Positions 26,806 to 43,496 of a DNA stretch of 64,000 nucleotides are shown here, in pieces. This DNA is from the human T2T-CHM13v2.0 reference genome, Homo sapiens, in NCBI RefSeq assembly GCF_009914755.1, contig NC_060929.1. One strand, given 5' to 3'. The notes under the pieces are model-generated. The model saw only the letters and a list, made by a program, of their open reading frames with translations, made no database searches and had not been told where the DNA came from. The translations under genes and the position numbers were made by a program. The number at the start of each line of letters is the position of its first letter. The first letter of the stretch is position 1.

Positions 26806-26846
<41 letters not shown>
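26806..26846. repeat. Pure (AT)20 microsatellite
   Basis: Uninterrupted AT dinucleotide run. Confidence 0.97.
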
Positions 26847-26847
<1 letters not shown>

Positions 26848-28067
26848 CCAGTGCATCACGATTCTGGTATGGTTAAGATGAAATACACTTCTAGCCTCTT
26901 CCATTCATTACAACTAAAAATTCTATGTAATGTACATAAAACATTATTCAAGGACTAAAATGTAAATATAGCAGATAGATTTGGGATGAAAAACTTGATG
27001 AAAGACTAACACAGTAGTTATCTTCCTCTCTGTCACTCACTCCCAACTGCACGTCCTTCTTAGCCTCAGAGAAGTCTAAATTTGCAACTGCACAAAATGT
27101 GTTGCCATGGAAAACCCTCTTTTTCTGGTCGGAGGAGTAATAAAGGGAACCTTGGAAACAGAAAGGGTGGTAGACATTTCTGTTTCTTTTTCACTCCCAA
27201 CTCTACCTGCCCTGGAGGTCCTCAAGCTTCAAATCCTATGGTGTTGAATAGGTAGCAGTTGTCAGGTTTACTAATTTGCCCTAGAGGAAAATACACTTAC
27301 AGGAGATATGCAACAGTGTCAGAACTTTAAAATCCTGGCTTTCTGGCCAGGGAAAAGGAAGAATATGCTCGGAGACAAAGTGAAGTTGGGAGATTATGAA
27401 GAAGAGAGAATTGTTAAGAGGATCAAGAAGAAGAACTGTGTGTGAGGTCCTAGCTGTGCATGTGTGAAAATGATGCAAAAGCCAACCACTTGGAGAACTG
27501 ACCAATAAGGCATATCAACCTCCATGTCTCAGATAGTTCCCTGGGTGGCATATAAGCAGTTAGATCCAAATAACAAAGCAGAAGCTTTAAAAGCTGAACT
27601 AACACCAGAACCACAGGTCACATTAAACAGAAGAGGACTTGAAGCCCAAACCAAAGAAGGTTGATTATTTGTTTAAACAAACAAAGAAAGGAAAGAGTCA
27701 ATATTATCCAGAAGATTTTAACAGGAACCTGAGACTAATAACATAGTATTTTGAATACCCGGGACACAATAGAAAATTATGCAACATATAAAGAAACAGA
27801 AAATTTTCAACAACTTTCAAGAAGAAGAAAACAGTTGCCAGACACACAATGACCAGATACAAATTTTCAATCAGTTATAACCTAGCTCTATAAAATAAGT
27901 GTGAGAACTCTTGAAACAAATTGAAAGATTAAAAATTTCAGAAGAAAAAAATAAATTATTTGAAAGGTAGATATTTTAAAACTGAAATACATCAAAAACC
28001 CTAAAAACTGCCTGAATGGCTCAAAAGCTGATTGAAAATTATAGAGGGAAAGATTTAGTGAAATTGA

Positions 28068-28086
28068 ATATATATATATGTGTGTG

Positions 28087-28126
<40 letters not shown>
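28068..28126. repeat. Compound (TA)n(TG)n microsatellite in the FLAM tail
   Basis: ATATATATATATGTGTGTGTTTC followed by a long TG run. Confidence 0.95.
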
Positions 28127-28129
<3 letters not shown>

Positions 28130-28268
28130 TTAGAGGCAGGTTCTCAGTCACCTAGGCTGAAGTACAGTGGCATGATCATAACTCACTGCAACCTCAAACT
28201 CCTGTGCCCAAGCTATCTTCCCATCTCCCAACACTCTGGGATTACAGGTATAAGCCACTGTATCAGCC
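28130..28268 (-). mobile_element. FLAM-type Alu monomer
   Basis: AGGCTGAAGTACAGTGGCATGATCATAACTCACTGCAACCTCAAACTCCTG...GGGATTACAGGTATAAGCCAC. Confidence 0.85.
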
Positions 28269-29657
28269 TTTAATGTAAATTAACAGAAACAATCAGAATA
28301 AGAAGAGAAAATATTAAAAATAAAAAAAACTCAGAAACCTGTGAAAAATAATACCAAAAGTTCTAATATTTGTGTCATTATAGTCTCGTGAAGATAGCAA
28401 AAAGTTTGTATTCCCTCATTCCTTTAAAATGAAGAAATAGTATCTGAAAACTCCCCAAATTTGGTGAAAGAAAAAAAGTGTGCAGATTTAGGAAACTCTA
28501 TAAACAACAAAGAGTATAAGCTCATAGAAAAACACATCTGTTCATATCCTAATTAAACTGCTTACAAAGAAAAAGGAAAAATAAAACTTGAAAACAGTCA
28601 GAGACAAATGACATGCAACAATATGGAAACAGCAGTTCTAATCATTGTGGCTTTCTCATCATAAACCATGAGGGTGAGCAAAGTTGAATACATTTTTTTA
28701 AATACTGAAAGCACACAATTGTCAACCAGGAATTCTACTTCAAGCAAACATGTTCTCCAGGAATCATGGTGAAATAAAAGTATTTTCTAACAAAGTAAAA
28801 CTAAGATAATTTGACTCTAGAAGCACTGCTTCAAAAGAAATAAGATTATATTTTAGGCAAAAATAAATGTCAGAATAAAAGTTGAAAAATCAGGAATAAC
28901 GAAATAGCAACACAAATGGTAAATATATGGGTAAGTATAATAGATTATTTTACTCCTTGTACGGTATTTAAAATGTGTGTGACAGTTAAAAGCACATATT
29001 TAAAATTGACTGGTGGGTTTTCAATTTTTCCATATATAATACATAATGTGGCAATTATAGAATAAGGAGGGAAGATAAAGGAACTTTAAAGATTGTAAGG
29101 GCCCCACATATCACTTGAAAAGATAAAATATCAACTTGATGTGAAGTTGAAAAGTCATATGTACATATCATAAGTCCAATACAAACCACTAAAATAAACA
29201 TTTTAAAAGATGTAGTAAAATTAATAGATAAATTAAAATGCAATTTTAAAAATTATTCATATTATCAAACAGGGAGCAGAGAAAAGAGGATGACAGAAGA
29301 AACAAAATGAAAACATGTAATAAAAGAGTAGCCTAAATCCAAACATATTAATAAAACATTGAATGTAAATAATCTAAGACAACCAATTTAAAGACAAAGG
29401 TAATGAGATTGAGTTACAAAGACACCCAAATACATGCTGTTTATGAGAACTCAGTTTGAATATCTATAAATTAAGCATTTATAAAGTGGACAAAAGTTAT
29501 AACATACTAATAAAAAACAAAGAAAACTTTCAGGGATAAAAAGAACATTATATACTGATAAAAAACATTTCATCAGAACATATAATAATCATAAATTACA
29601 TGCACTTAACAAAATAACTTTGAAATATGTGTTCACGTGTGTGTGTACACATGCATA

Positions 29658-29873
29658 ATCATGAATGTGTTCCCCCTAAATTTATATGTTAAAACATAAT
29701 CACTAATATTACTAGAAGGTTGAGACTTTCAGAGATTTTCAGACTTTCTCTTCTTTTTAGAGAAATTCAGATCTTAGACTTCTCAGCCTCCATACCTGTG
29801 AGAAATAAATGTTTATTGCTTATAAGCTACCCAGTTTATGATATTTTTTGTAGCAACCCAAATGAACTAAGAG
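29658..29873 (+). mobile_element. MLT1A-like LTR, internally deleted
   Basis: GAATGTGTTCCCCCTAAATTTATATGTT...GACTTCTCAGCCTCC...GTGAGAAATAAATG...GAACTAAGA. Confidence 0.7.
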
Positions 29874-30662
29874 AGTTAGAGACATAAACACTCCCTCAAT
29901 GTGATTGATAGTAGACAGAAAATCAATAAGAAAATAAAAACTTGAATAATACCCACAAATACCTTGACATAGTTGACATATATAGAACCCTTCACCCAAA
30001 AGCCTGTGAATACATTTTTATATGCATATGAAACAATTGCCACAACTGAGCATATTCTGCATCACAGAAAAATATATTGACAGTTTAACCAAAAAATTAA
30101 ATTTTGTAAATGTTATCTTGTCACTACAATGAGATCTGAATAGAAATAAATAACAGAAAGCTACCTGGAAAATCCCTATACACATAAAAATTAAGCTACA
30201 CATTTTTAGATAATCACTAGGTCAAAGAGGAAGTCTCAAGATAAATTCAGAAATATTTTGAACTGAATGAAAACAAAATTATATCATTATTTGTGGAATA
30301 CATCAAAAATACAAATTAAAAACATAGCATTAAATACATTTATTAAAAAGTTCTAAAATTACTACTTCACACTTCCACCTGAAGGATCTAGAAAAAGAAG
30401 AGAAATTTAAACCTAAATAATGCAGAAAAAGGAACTAAAAATACAAGCTGATAGCAAAAACAGATTAAAACAGAAACACTTGAAAAAAATAAATAAAAAG
30501 GTGGTTATTTGTAAACATCAATAAAATTGATTAAATGGTAGCCAATTTGACTAGGAAATGAGTAAAGACAGGGTTCTTGTGTCAAGAATGAAAGAGGAAA
30601 TGGCTTTATAAACTCCATAGACACTAAAAATGTAATAAAGGAATCCTGCAAAAAAACACTAT

Positions 30663-30962
30663 GGGGAGGGGAAAAATGAAGAGAACTTCTTTAATGGGTA
30701 CAAAATTACAGTTAGATAGAATAAATAAGTGATAGTAATTGATAATGCAGTAGGAAGACTATAGTTAAAAATAATTTAGTATATATTTTGAAATAGCTAG
30801 AAAAAAAGAATTAGAATATTCCCAATAGAAATAAAAGTATACGTTAGAGGTGAAGGATAGACCAGTTATCCTGATTTGGTCATTATACATTGTATACAGG
30901 TATCAAAATATCACATGTACCCCCAAAATATGTATCACTATTATATATCAATGAAAAATAAT
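30663..30962 (+). mobile_element. Short L1MA(4-5)-like 3' end with TSD, nested in L1ME
   Basis: TAATGGGTACAAAATTACAGTTAGATAGA...ATCACATGTACCCCCAAAATATG; AAACACTAT at 30654-30662 and 30963-30971. Confidence 0.85.
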
Positions 30963-32980
30963 AAACACTATCAACATAACTTGTACATGAAGGAAATAAA
31001 ACATTTTCTTGAAAAAGATGAACTAAGAAAACTTTCTTAAGAAGACAGATAATCTAAGGAGTCATGAATCTAATAATAAAATTGAATTCATAGTTAAACC
31101 CTTTTTAAAGAATTGTCAAACCTGAATGGTTTCACTGGTGAATTCTACTATATGTTTAAAGAAGAAATAACACAAATATTATAAAAATCTCTTCCTAAAA
31201 GTGGAAGAAAAGGGAATATTTATCAATTTATTTTGTTATGCCCGATTGTCCTAATACCAAACCCAGATAAAGACAGTACAGGAAAAGAAAACCAAAGAAA
31301 GAGCAATCACAAATATAGATGCCAAAATCCTCAACAAAGTATTAGCACATTGAATCTACCAATAAATACAAAGAATAAACCATCATCAAATAAAGTTAGT
31401 CTCAGGAAATGAAATATTAAAAACCAATATCAGAAAATCAATCAACATACTCCATCATATCAACAGGCATACAAATAAAAAACCCATGATCATATGAGTA
31501 GATAACAAAAGAAGTTAGCAAAGACAACAACCATTCATGATTTAAAAAAAATACTTCCACAAACTTAAAAAAAGTCTTTTATGTGATAAATGGCGGCTAC
31601 ATAAAACCCACATCTAACGTCATGTTTAATATTGAAAAACAGAATACTTCTCATTAAGATCATGACCAAGGCAAAGCTGTTCAGTCTCACCAGCCCTATT
31701 TAATATTGTGCAAAAATCTTTACAATTTCAATGATGCAAGGAAAGGAAACAACACATACTGAAATTGAAAAGGAAGAAATGAAACTGTCCCTAATCTAGG
31801 AGATAAGATTTTCTATATAGAAAGTTTCAAATAATGTACAGAAGAGCTCCTAGGACTTACAATAGAGTTTATTGAGGTTGCAGAATATGATATGAAGATA
31901 CTAACGTCAATATTGCTTTTATATACTATTAATCAACGTGTGAACATAGACAAAGCACCATTTATAGGAGTTTCAAATAATGAATTAGTTAGGCATAAAG
32001 TTACCAACAAATGCTTAGTAAATGTTGAATCTATAAAATGCTAATGAAAGATATCAAGTAAGACACAGTACATGAAGAAATATCTGGTGTTCATTGAATG
32101 GAAGAGCCAATATAATTAAGATACCAATCCCAATAAAACTTCTGTAGGATTTTTAATAGAAATATACAAATTAATTATAATCTTTATATTAAAAGACATA
32201 ATAATCAACATAATTGTTATGAAACTATTACAGATAAGACAGTATGTCATTGACAAAGAGAGATACATAGCTCAGTGAAACAGAACAATAAAAACAATTA
32301 TAATTCATGGATTTTTAAGAAAATGAGAAAGTCGAGTTAATGGAGTAAGGATGATCTTTCTAACAATGGGTGATTAAACATTTGGATATTCACTTACCAA
32401 TGAAAAAAAAGTACCAGAAGGTTTGCCTTATAGAAAATGTACTCAAAATGGATTATACAGTAAATTGTAAAATGCCAAACTCTAAAATTTTTAGAGGAAA
32501 ACTTAGGGAAAGATCTATGTCTCCTTGAATTATCCAAAGACTTCTAAAACATATTTCAAGTCACATATCCAGCAAAGAACTTGATATACAGAATATATAA
32601 CTAAGTCTTAAATCAAGAGTAAGAAAACAAACAATTTAATCAAAATATGGGCAAAAAAATTGAATATTTACTGTAACACAGAAGTCATATGGATGGCAAC
32701 TAAGCATATGAAAAGCTGCTCAACCTTATTAGTCATTATTGAAATGCAAATTGAAACCAAAATGCTAGGCTATACTAATATACACTTATTAGAATGACTA
32801 TAATGAAAAACACTGATAATACCAAATTCTGACTACTACATGGAACAACTGGATATTGATTACAGGTGGGACTGCAAAATGGTACAGCCACTCAAGAAAA
32901 TAGTTTGCTCATTTCTCTCAATGCTAAATATTTCACTCCACTCTCTTCTTGCTTGCATGGTTTCTGAGAACTTGGATATA

Positions 32981-33295
32981 TTCAGCTCTCCATATTTGCG
33001 GGATCTGCATATGGGGATTCAAGTACCGTAGGTCAAACCTCTTTAGGAACAAAAATAAATAACAATATAAAAATGCAAATGAACAGCAATACAGCATAAC
33101 AACTATTTACATAACATTTGCATTTTATTAGCTATTAAAAGTAATCTCGAGTTGATTTCAAGTATGCAGAAGATGTATGCAGTTTATATGTAAATGATAT
33201 GCGATCTTATAGAACGAAATTGGGCATTCTCAGATTTTAGTATCTGGGAGGGTTCCTGTAAACAATCCTCCTTTGAATGAATATGGGGACAATTT
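32981..33295 (+). mobile_element. MER2 (Tigger-derived MITE)
   Basis: TAACAACTATTTACATAACATTT...AAGTAATCTCGAG...CAGATTTTAGTATCTGGGAGGGTTCCTG. Confidence 0.8.
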
Positions 33296-33518
33296 TAATT
33301 GCTATCTTTGCTTCTCTATAGGTCTGGTGATTTTTCTGTCTTCTTACAAGATTTTTTTCTTCATCTTTGATTTTTTGAAGTTTGAAAATGGTATACCTGG
33401 ATGTGATTGTGTCTGTATTTATCATGCGTTGTGTTCTTTGAGCTTTCTGGGTCACTGGTTTGATGTTTGACATTAATTTCAAACAATTCTCAGTCATTAC
33501 TGTTTCAAATATTACTTC

Positions 33519-33520
33519 TG

Positions 33521-33558
<38 letters not shown>

Positions 33559-33564
33559 TCTCTG

Positions 33565-33595
<31 letters not shown>
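33519..33595. repeat. (CT)n microsatellite with GT interruptions
   Basis: TCTCTCTC...TGTCTCTC. Confidence 0.95.
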
Positions 33596-34416
33596 TCTCC
33601 TTGTTTTCCCATTGTGTGTTTATACCTTTTGTAGTTGCCTAACATTGTTGAATATTTTGTTCTTTTTTTATCTTTAGTCATTTCTCTCTTTGCTATTCAA
33701 TTTCAATGTTTTCTGTTGTTGTATCCTCAATTGCAGATTCTTTATTCAGCTGTGTCCCGTCTACTAATGAGTTTATCAAATTCATTCTTTATTTCTGTTT
33801 AGGGTTTTTGGTGACTACCAATTTTTAAAATTATTTCTTAGAATTTTAATCTCTCTACATTATTCATCTGTTTTTGCATGTTGTTTGCTTTTTCCATTAA
33901 AGCTTTTAGTATATTAATCATAGTTGAAAAAAATTCTTATAATTCCAACATTCCTGCTGTATGTAGTTCTGATGCTAGTTAAGAGACAAAAAAAAAGCAA
34001 AAACACAGTCTCTTGGAACTGCATTTTTTGGCTTTTTTTATTTAGTATGCCTTGTAATGTTGTGTTGAAAAGTGGGCATGGTGTATAGGTTAAAAGTTAA
34101 CTGAAGTAAATGCAGTTGTAAGGTGTGGAAGGAGGGAAAGCATTCTATCATCCTGCGATTAGGTTTTAATCTTTTAGTAGCCCTGGACTGTGAACTTCAC
34201 CATTGTTTCTAGGTCTCCCATCTCCCTTAAATCAAACAGGACAGCTAGAGGAGAATGGAGTTAGGCATTACCTTTCTAACAGGTCAGTTAAGCTCATACT
34301 CCAGCAAGTTAGATTCTGGTTAACTGGTTTCTCCAGAGGACAGAACTTGTCAAGAACAGATGGCTCTAGCATGTTTCAAAATGATTCCTTTTCCCCTCTC
34401 TCTGCTTGGCAGATAA

Positions 34417-37026
<2,610 letters not shown>

Positions 37027-37420
37027 ATCTCTGTGATATTTTCTGTGAGAACTGGTCAGAGTTCCTAGAAGTAAAACTAACAAAAATGTGAGGGTCCCCC
37101 TATGACTGGGTACCCCTGAAGTTTGTAACTCTCATACTTGTCCACGTTGAGCCTCTAGCAATTCATCAGTTATAGTTTAGGATTTTCTTATCCTAGTACT
37201 GGCTCCTTCTCAGGGTTTTCTGCCCTGGTAAACTGTGATTCTCTGCACTTATCTACCTGTCTCTCCAATTTGTGGGGGCAGTGGTTTTCTCTGTGGCCTC
37301 ATTTCTCCGATAGATATCAGAGAAGTTGTTGATTTTTCAGTTTGTTCATCTTTTTAGTTGTTGTTAGAACAGAGTGGCTACTTCTAAGTTTCTTATATGC
37401 TGGACTGGAAACTGGAAGTC

Positions 37421-37960
37421 CAGTTGTTTTGTATAATGTTAAATTTGCCCTTACCATATGACCCATCCATCCCACAAAGCCTACATATGAAGATTTACAG
37501 CAATCAATGTACAATCACCAAAAACTGGAAACAACCCAAATTACTTTTAGTAAGGAAATGGATAAATTCTGGTACAAATGTACAATGTAATACTTCTCAA
37601 CAATAAAATAAATGAGCAACTAGTATATACAAAAACATGAATGAATTCTAAAGACAGTATGACAAGTGAAAATAGCCAGTCTCAAAGGTTACCTTCTAAA
37701 TTATTTTAAAAATAAATATATTGGAAAACAACAAAAAAATTTGAATGGAGAGCAGGTTATTGGTTGCCAGGGATGGGGTGGGAGGGGGGTTTGGCCACCA
37801 AGTGGCAGCACAAGAGAGTTCTTTGGGGTGTTATAAATATTATGCATTCCAATTGTGCTGGTTGTTACATAAATCTGTAGATGTTTTAAAACTCAGAAAT
37901 GTGCAATTAAAGAAATACTTTCTGTAAATGTTTAAAGTTTGTTGTAATAAAACCTTTTTT
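37421..37960 (+). mobile_element. 3' end of the host L1ME, resuming after the nested block
   Basis: TTACCATATGACCC...CCAAAAACTGGAAACAACCCAAA...GGTTGCCAGGG continues where 32910 stops. Confidence 0.7.
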
Positions 37961-40874
37961 ATTTAAAGTAAAAAATGTATACTCAGAAGGTTTTCTATGC
38001 ATTTTCTCTAGCATATTTATATACAGTCAGTCACAGGGGGGGAAAACTGACACTATGTTGCACTGACAAAAAGTCTAATGAACTAACACTTTGTGACCCA
38101 ATGTTTTAGCAAGAGTGACCATTATTATGGCACACAGAATATTATTTAATAAAGCAGTGTGCAGAGGGAGTCTTAAAGAAAAAAAGAAATAAACAGAATA
38201 AGGGACAAATTCTCTTTGCTTTTGATTGCTGTTTAATGAATCTAATTAGTAAGCCTCAATGGTCCTGTGGAGGCTTTGTGGATTTTTGCATTCATTTAAA
38301 AAAATGAAATGAATGTTCTGGCAGCTCCTGAAACAGAATGTTAAGATAAGAAATGTAACACAAAAAGCAATCACCTTGAATCAGAACTGAAGAGCTGACT
38401 GGAGGTGCTGCTGAGACTATAAAGAAGTTTGTCTTTTTTTTTTTTTCCTGCAAGATCACCTTGCATTTCAAACCAACAGCTTCACAAAAAATGCAAGAAT
38501 TAGGGAGAAAAACAACTGTCAGCTGAGTAGAAACTGGTGGGAGGTTAAAACTCTGGAGGATTGGAAGAGAAATCAAACAATATTAGGCAGTAAGCACATT
38601 TAGGTTCAGCGAGTTGGCAATTAAGTTGAATGTTAATTAATCAGCAAAAATAAAATGGGGTGACCACCTAGCAGAAAGTCATTTACAAAGGCTTCCATTT
38701 CCAGCTAGTCCTGTGAAAGGAGTTCAGAGTTCACACCTCTCCAGGGCATTTCTCCAGAGTAGGTCAATACAGGTGCCAGCCTGCCTAGCAAATCCTGAAG
38801 GTCACACATGTGTTTTCTACCAGAGCCTCTGAGCCCATGTCAGGAACAAGAAGAAGATCTCTCTTTCATCCAAGAGCTGTTTCTTACTCTTTGCTCCGTC
38901 TCCCACTGTCATCTTCCACAAAATTGGCTTGCCCTCAGCTTCTATCAGTCACTGTTGCATGATCAAGCTGGCAGCTTCCTGCTCAGTGACACAATACAGA
39001 AAACACTGCGTTGACTCTTTACTGTTCCCATGATGTGCAGGCATAAGATGGGTGTATACTAGGCCTGGTAATCATTCCTGTTATCCCAACATCATATGAA
39101 GTTTTAAATCATGTGAATCCTCAGATAAGACAAATGCGTGGGTCATTGCAGAATTCAGCTAGCATCGTTAGAGCATCTCCTTTAGATGCTGCTGGACCAA
39201 GGTACAATGTGAGCAGGAAGCCTTGATCAAAGGCTTTGCTTTGCTGCCTGGCTTGGCTATACCTCATAATTTGCTAAGGCAAATCTGCAAGACTAGAGTG
39301 AAAAAAATTTAAAACAAATGTAGTGGTGGATGCTGGTAAAATGCAGGTCATAGCTTAGGATAAATAGACTCCCTACTTGATTTTCTCCTAGGTTTTTCTG
39401 TCAGAATGCAGCTCTTGTTCAATTAGCACCTTTGCAGGTGTATAGCTGATAAGTGAAAGGGAAAACAGGCATGTGATTCATCATCTAGTATTGCCAAAAA
39501 TAGATGATCATAAAGTAATAATAATAGCTTTAAATGGAAAAGGAAATATGGCAGATAAGGAAAAACGTCTGGATTAGCATATTTACTTTTCACCAACTTT
39601 GAGGGCATCTTGACAATGTGCAATTTGACTGTTTAAAGGCATAAGTAGTTTGCTACATGAAGAACCTGAGGATAATGTATCTGTTATGTGAATCACTTGA
39701 AGAATAAAATCTCTTCATAAACTTATTCAAGGCAGATCAAATCTAGAATTCCATGAAATTAGACACACCATAAATACTTGGTGAGATTATAATATGAGGT
39801 TTATTTAATGTCATTTTCTTGACAGTGGATATGAGTTAGATTTGGAAAGCATCTTCTTTTTATGATAATCTGTTTCTGTTCATAATTGGTCATAGAACTC
39901 TCGAATTTCTAGTTGTCACTGCATTAGTATTTGTGTATATAGTGTAGAACATACACTGCATTAGTATTTGTGGTCATGTTTATCCCAGGATATGAAGCCA
40001 GTGAGGAGTGAAAAAATAATCAACCATCTAAATGGCTGTTTCAAATTTATACAGCACATACACACGCACAAACTGCTTTTACTATTTTTCATTTGTTTGT
40101 AAAAAGATAGCTTATACACACAATCTTAGTCAATATATTAAAAGATGAAATAACTAATTTTACAGCATAATATACATTACAAAACTGTAAGAGTTTGACT
40201 GAAAACTTAATTTTTCCAATTTCTTTACAGACACAGATTTAACTGACAATGTAATTGATACAGCTCATCAAACGTACAGCTCCAGTCTCATTTCAATGTA
40301 TACTTACAGCAAAAACAAACAAACATAAAAAATATTAAATTGCTTTTTCTTGATGTTGAGCTTTAAATCTTAACTAAGCCATGCCTCTCAGAAACTTCTG
40401 TTAGATAATAAATCAAAACCACCATCCATTCCCTCCAGGAAGAGAATATCTGAAACCAGGCCAGTTGGCATGATTCCCGTGGTCTGTATGTGGTGGGAAC
40501 ATTTGTTATAAACTTAAATGCCTTAGGCCAGGCAGGAAACATAAATAACTAAAGTGATTTGGGTGAGGATTGTGCTGACACAAAAGCACATGGCCTTAGG
40601 CACGACAGAGCCACAGGCTTCTCTGACTGCTTTTCTAAATGCCATTGCTGGTTGAGACCAACTTGTTAGAGCTAGGGGTAGAAGTTTAACGACTAAGTAA
40701 AAATGCCTAACCAATTTTTCCCTTTTGTAAATGCAGGTCAAGTGTAATTAGATCTGATTTTAAAAGGAAACAATTGTGTATGATGGTTTTTCTTCCTAGT
40801 TAAAAACATAAATATATAAACACATACATATGCTTATCCTATGTATACATCATAGATTATAAAATCTAAATTTC

Positions 40875-41243
40875 ATGGTTATGGGCTGAATTGTGTCCCC
40901 CAAAAATTCATAGGTTGAACTCCTAACCCTGGTATTTCAGAATATGACTGAATTTGGAGATAGGGTCTTTACAGAGGTAATTCAGTTAAAATGAGGTCAC
41001 TGGAGTGAATCTTAATCCAGTATGACCAGTGTTTTAAAGAAAAGATTAGGGCACAGACACAGAGGGAAAACCATCTGAGGACAGAGCGAGAAGATGTCCA
41101 TCTACAAGCCAAGGTTAAATTGAAAACCTTGTCTATACTTTGATCTTGGACTTCTAGCTTTCAGATTTTTGAGAAAATAAATCTGTTTTTTGAGCTACTT
41201 AGTCTATAGAACTTTGTTATGATAGTCCTAGCAAACTAATACG
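40875..41243 (+). mobile_element. MLT1B-like solo LTR
   Basis: TTATGGGCTGAATTGTGTCCCCC...TTTGGAGATAGGGTCTTTACAGAGGTAAT...CTAGCAAACTAATAC. Confidence 0.85.
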
Positions 41244-42529
41244 ATCACAGTTTTTTATAAATATGTATCAATAGTTATAAAAAAGCTGAGTGCAATTAAG
41301 TGATTCAGTCATCCCTGACGTAGAAAGCATGGATGTTGATTTATGATTTATGAGTTACGATGATCTTTCCATTACACCACTCCCTCACCAGCCCCCATGC
41401 CAAAAGAGCTTGCTTTGGGAAGCTTTAATTTAGGAGATTAGCTATTTCCAAACAGCCTGAGATAATTCATTTTTGATGTGTGCCCATGGTCTCTATCACA
41501 GACTACATCTTACTTCCAGCAACATAGTTTAGCCAGCCAATTAAACAGAGCAAACAAGTGGACTCCAAAAATACTATATATAATTGTACAGTCTAGTAGA
41601 ATGGGTTAGAATTAGGCTGTAAACTTGTTTCTTTTTAACAAATTCCTACCACACAGTCACTGAATCTGGGGCATTTCTTCCCTTTGCTTTACTTTTTATG
41701 TTGTTTTATATATTTTTGCAGGCAAAACTTTCAGTTTTTCCTTAAAAAGAAAAAAAAACCACTGCACTGAATAAATAACATCACAGAATTCTATACAAAG
41801 TTTTATTATTTCATGAGGTCAAATAATGACAGGTTTCAGGTTCTGAATCAAGATCAGATTATCTTAAAGTTTATTCACTTTGTAACTATCTTTTAATTTA
41901 TGCTAACCATTAATTTTAGGGGTCTCCCTTAGGCACTCACATAATAAAAGTTCGGGGGAATCTTAGATAATTTAATATAATTTCAGACGATAAGCTTTTA
42001 TTAATTCAATAAGAAACTTTTATCAACTTTTAAACATTGTATGTGTGCTAAAATAAAATTCTTGGCTACTAAAATGCCAATAGCAGTTCTTCAAGCTCAA
42101 ATTTGTAGCTACTCCAAAAGGCTAAGTTGCCACTGGACAAAGCCAGAGGGTTATCAGGGAAGTCTGTTTACTGTCTTTCGTCACATTGTTTTCTCTATTT
42201 TCAAAATCTCTTGAAGGTTTTTTTGCTCTTAGACTCCTAGAGCTTTAAGAAGCTTTCAATCACATTTTCTCACAGTAAGGAAAACTTAGTTCTGACCTTG
42301 GAAAGACTTTGGCAGCAGGACCAGAGCCAAATAAAATAATGAAAGACGCAAATTGGTCTTCAGCATTACTTACGTAATTTGCTTCAGGTTTTGCTACTCA
42401 GAGCTTTCACAGAAATTTCTCTATATCCACAATCTCATTCTCAATTTGGGTGATTGCCCCTAGCTCAAGCTATTCCAGGAAACTGCTTCATGCTCTACAA
42501 CTCAATAGGCCTGAAGTCTTTGAGCACAG

Positions 42530-42706
42530 AGACCTCTTGGTAGCAGTGTGACCATAAGCAAGTTACTTAGCCTTTCAAATAATCAATTTCTTCATCTGTA
42601 CAACTGAACTAAGCTCAGTAGCCTATAATCAGAGAAAAAGAGATAATCTATATAAATTACTTAGCATAGAGTCTATCACATGAACTCTATTCTATAAATA
42701 TTTGTT
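42530..42706 (+). mobile_element. MIR fragment
   Basis: TAGCAGTGTGACCATAAGCAAGTTACTTA...TTTCTTCATCTGTA. Confidence 0.65.
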
Positions 42707-42744
42707 GCCAGTGAGTCAGACCCCAGCTCTGAGTAAGACAAAGA

Positions 42745-43470
42745 CCACAGTGGAAAGATTCACTGGACTTGAAGCTAGAGCAATAGCAATTATTCAATGT
42801 TATTAAATTATTTTCTGGGCAATAGACAAAAAATTAAAATTAAAAACAAAAATTAAGGAGGACTGACTGGACAATAAAGAAATCTAAAATGTGTGTTATC
42901 AAAGTTCCAGATAAACAGAGAAAAATGTGTGGTACTGAAAATAACATTAGCCTTCCTTCCAGCAGTGAGAGACATAAGCCTACAGATTCAAAGAAGCACA
43001 GAGAATTCAAAACAGGTTAACATATAACTAAAGATGAAAAGCAATACTTGAGGAGAGACAGAGAGAACAGACATATTATATATAGGAGAACAGTAATTTG
43101 AAGGACTGATTTCTCTTCAGCAACCACAGAGTTCAGAAGGAAGTGGCACAGCCTTTTTAAAGTGCTGACAGAAAGTATAAATACAGAATTCTACATCTAG
43201 AAAAAGAATCTTCTACAATTAAAAGTAAAAATAAATATACCACAGGAGAATAAAATCCAATATAATTTGTTTCCAATGAAACTGCTATAAAACATCATTA
43301 AAGGACAGTCTTAAACACAAGTGAAATGGGACCAGGAAAATCAGACATAAAGAAAAAGAAACAAAAACGGTAAATATTTGGGTAACTGTATTACCTTATT
43401 TTTCTTCTCTTGTGATTTGTACAATATATTTGGTGGTTATATCAACTAACAAAATTTAAGATTGTTGTTG
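42745..43470 (+). mobile_element. Ancient L1M ORF1 region
   Basis: CCTACAGATTCAAAGAAGC...GATTTCTCTTCAGCAACCA...TTTAAAGTGCTGA...AGAATTCTACATCTAG, parallel to 28.3-29.0 kb. Confidence 0.6.
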
Positions 43471-43496
43471 TATTTATCTGCTTTTTTTTTTTTTTT

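Larger units (their letters stand above)
26862..32910 (+). mobile_element. Ancient L1M (L1ME-like) 5'UTR-ORF1-ORF2 body, heavily decayed, with nested inserts
   Basis: A-rich sense strand with collinear L1 landmarks (TGTCAACCAGGAATTCTA; GGTTTCACTGGTGAATTCTAC; CAAAATCCTCAACAAAGTATTAGCA; GAAATGCAAATTGAAACC). Confidence 0.75.
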
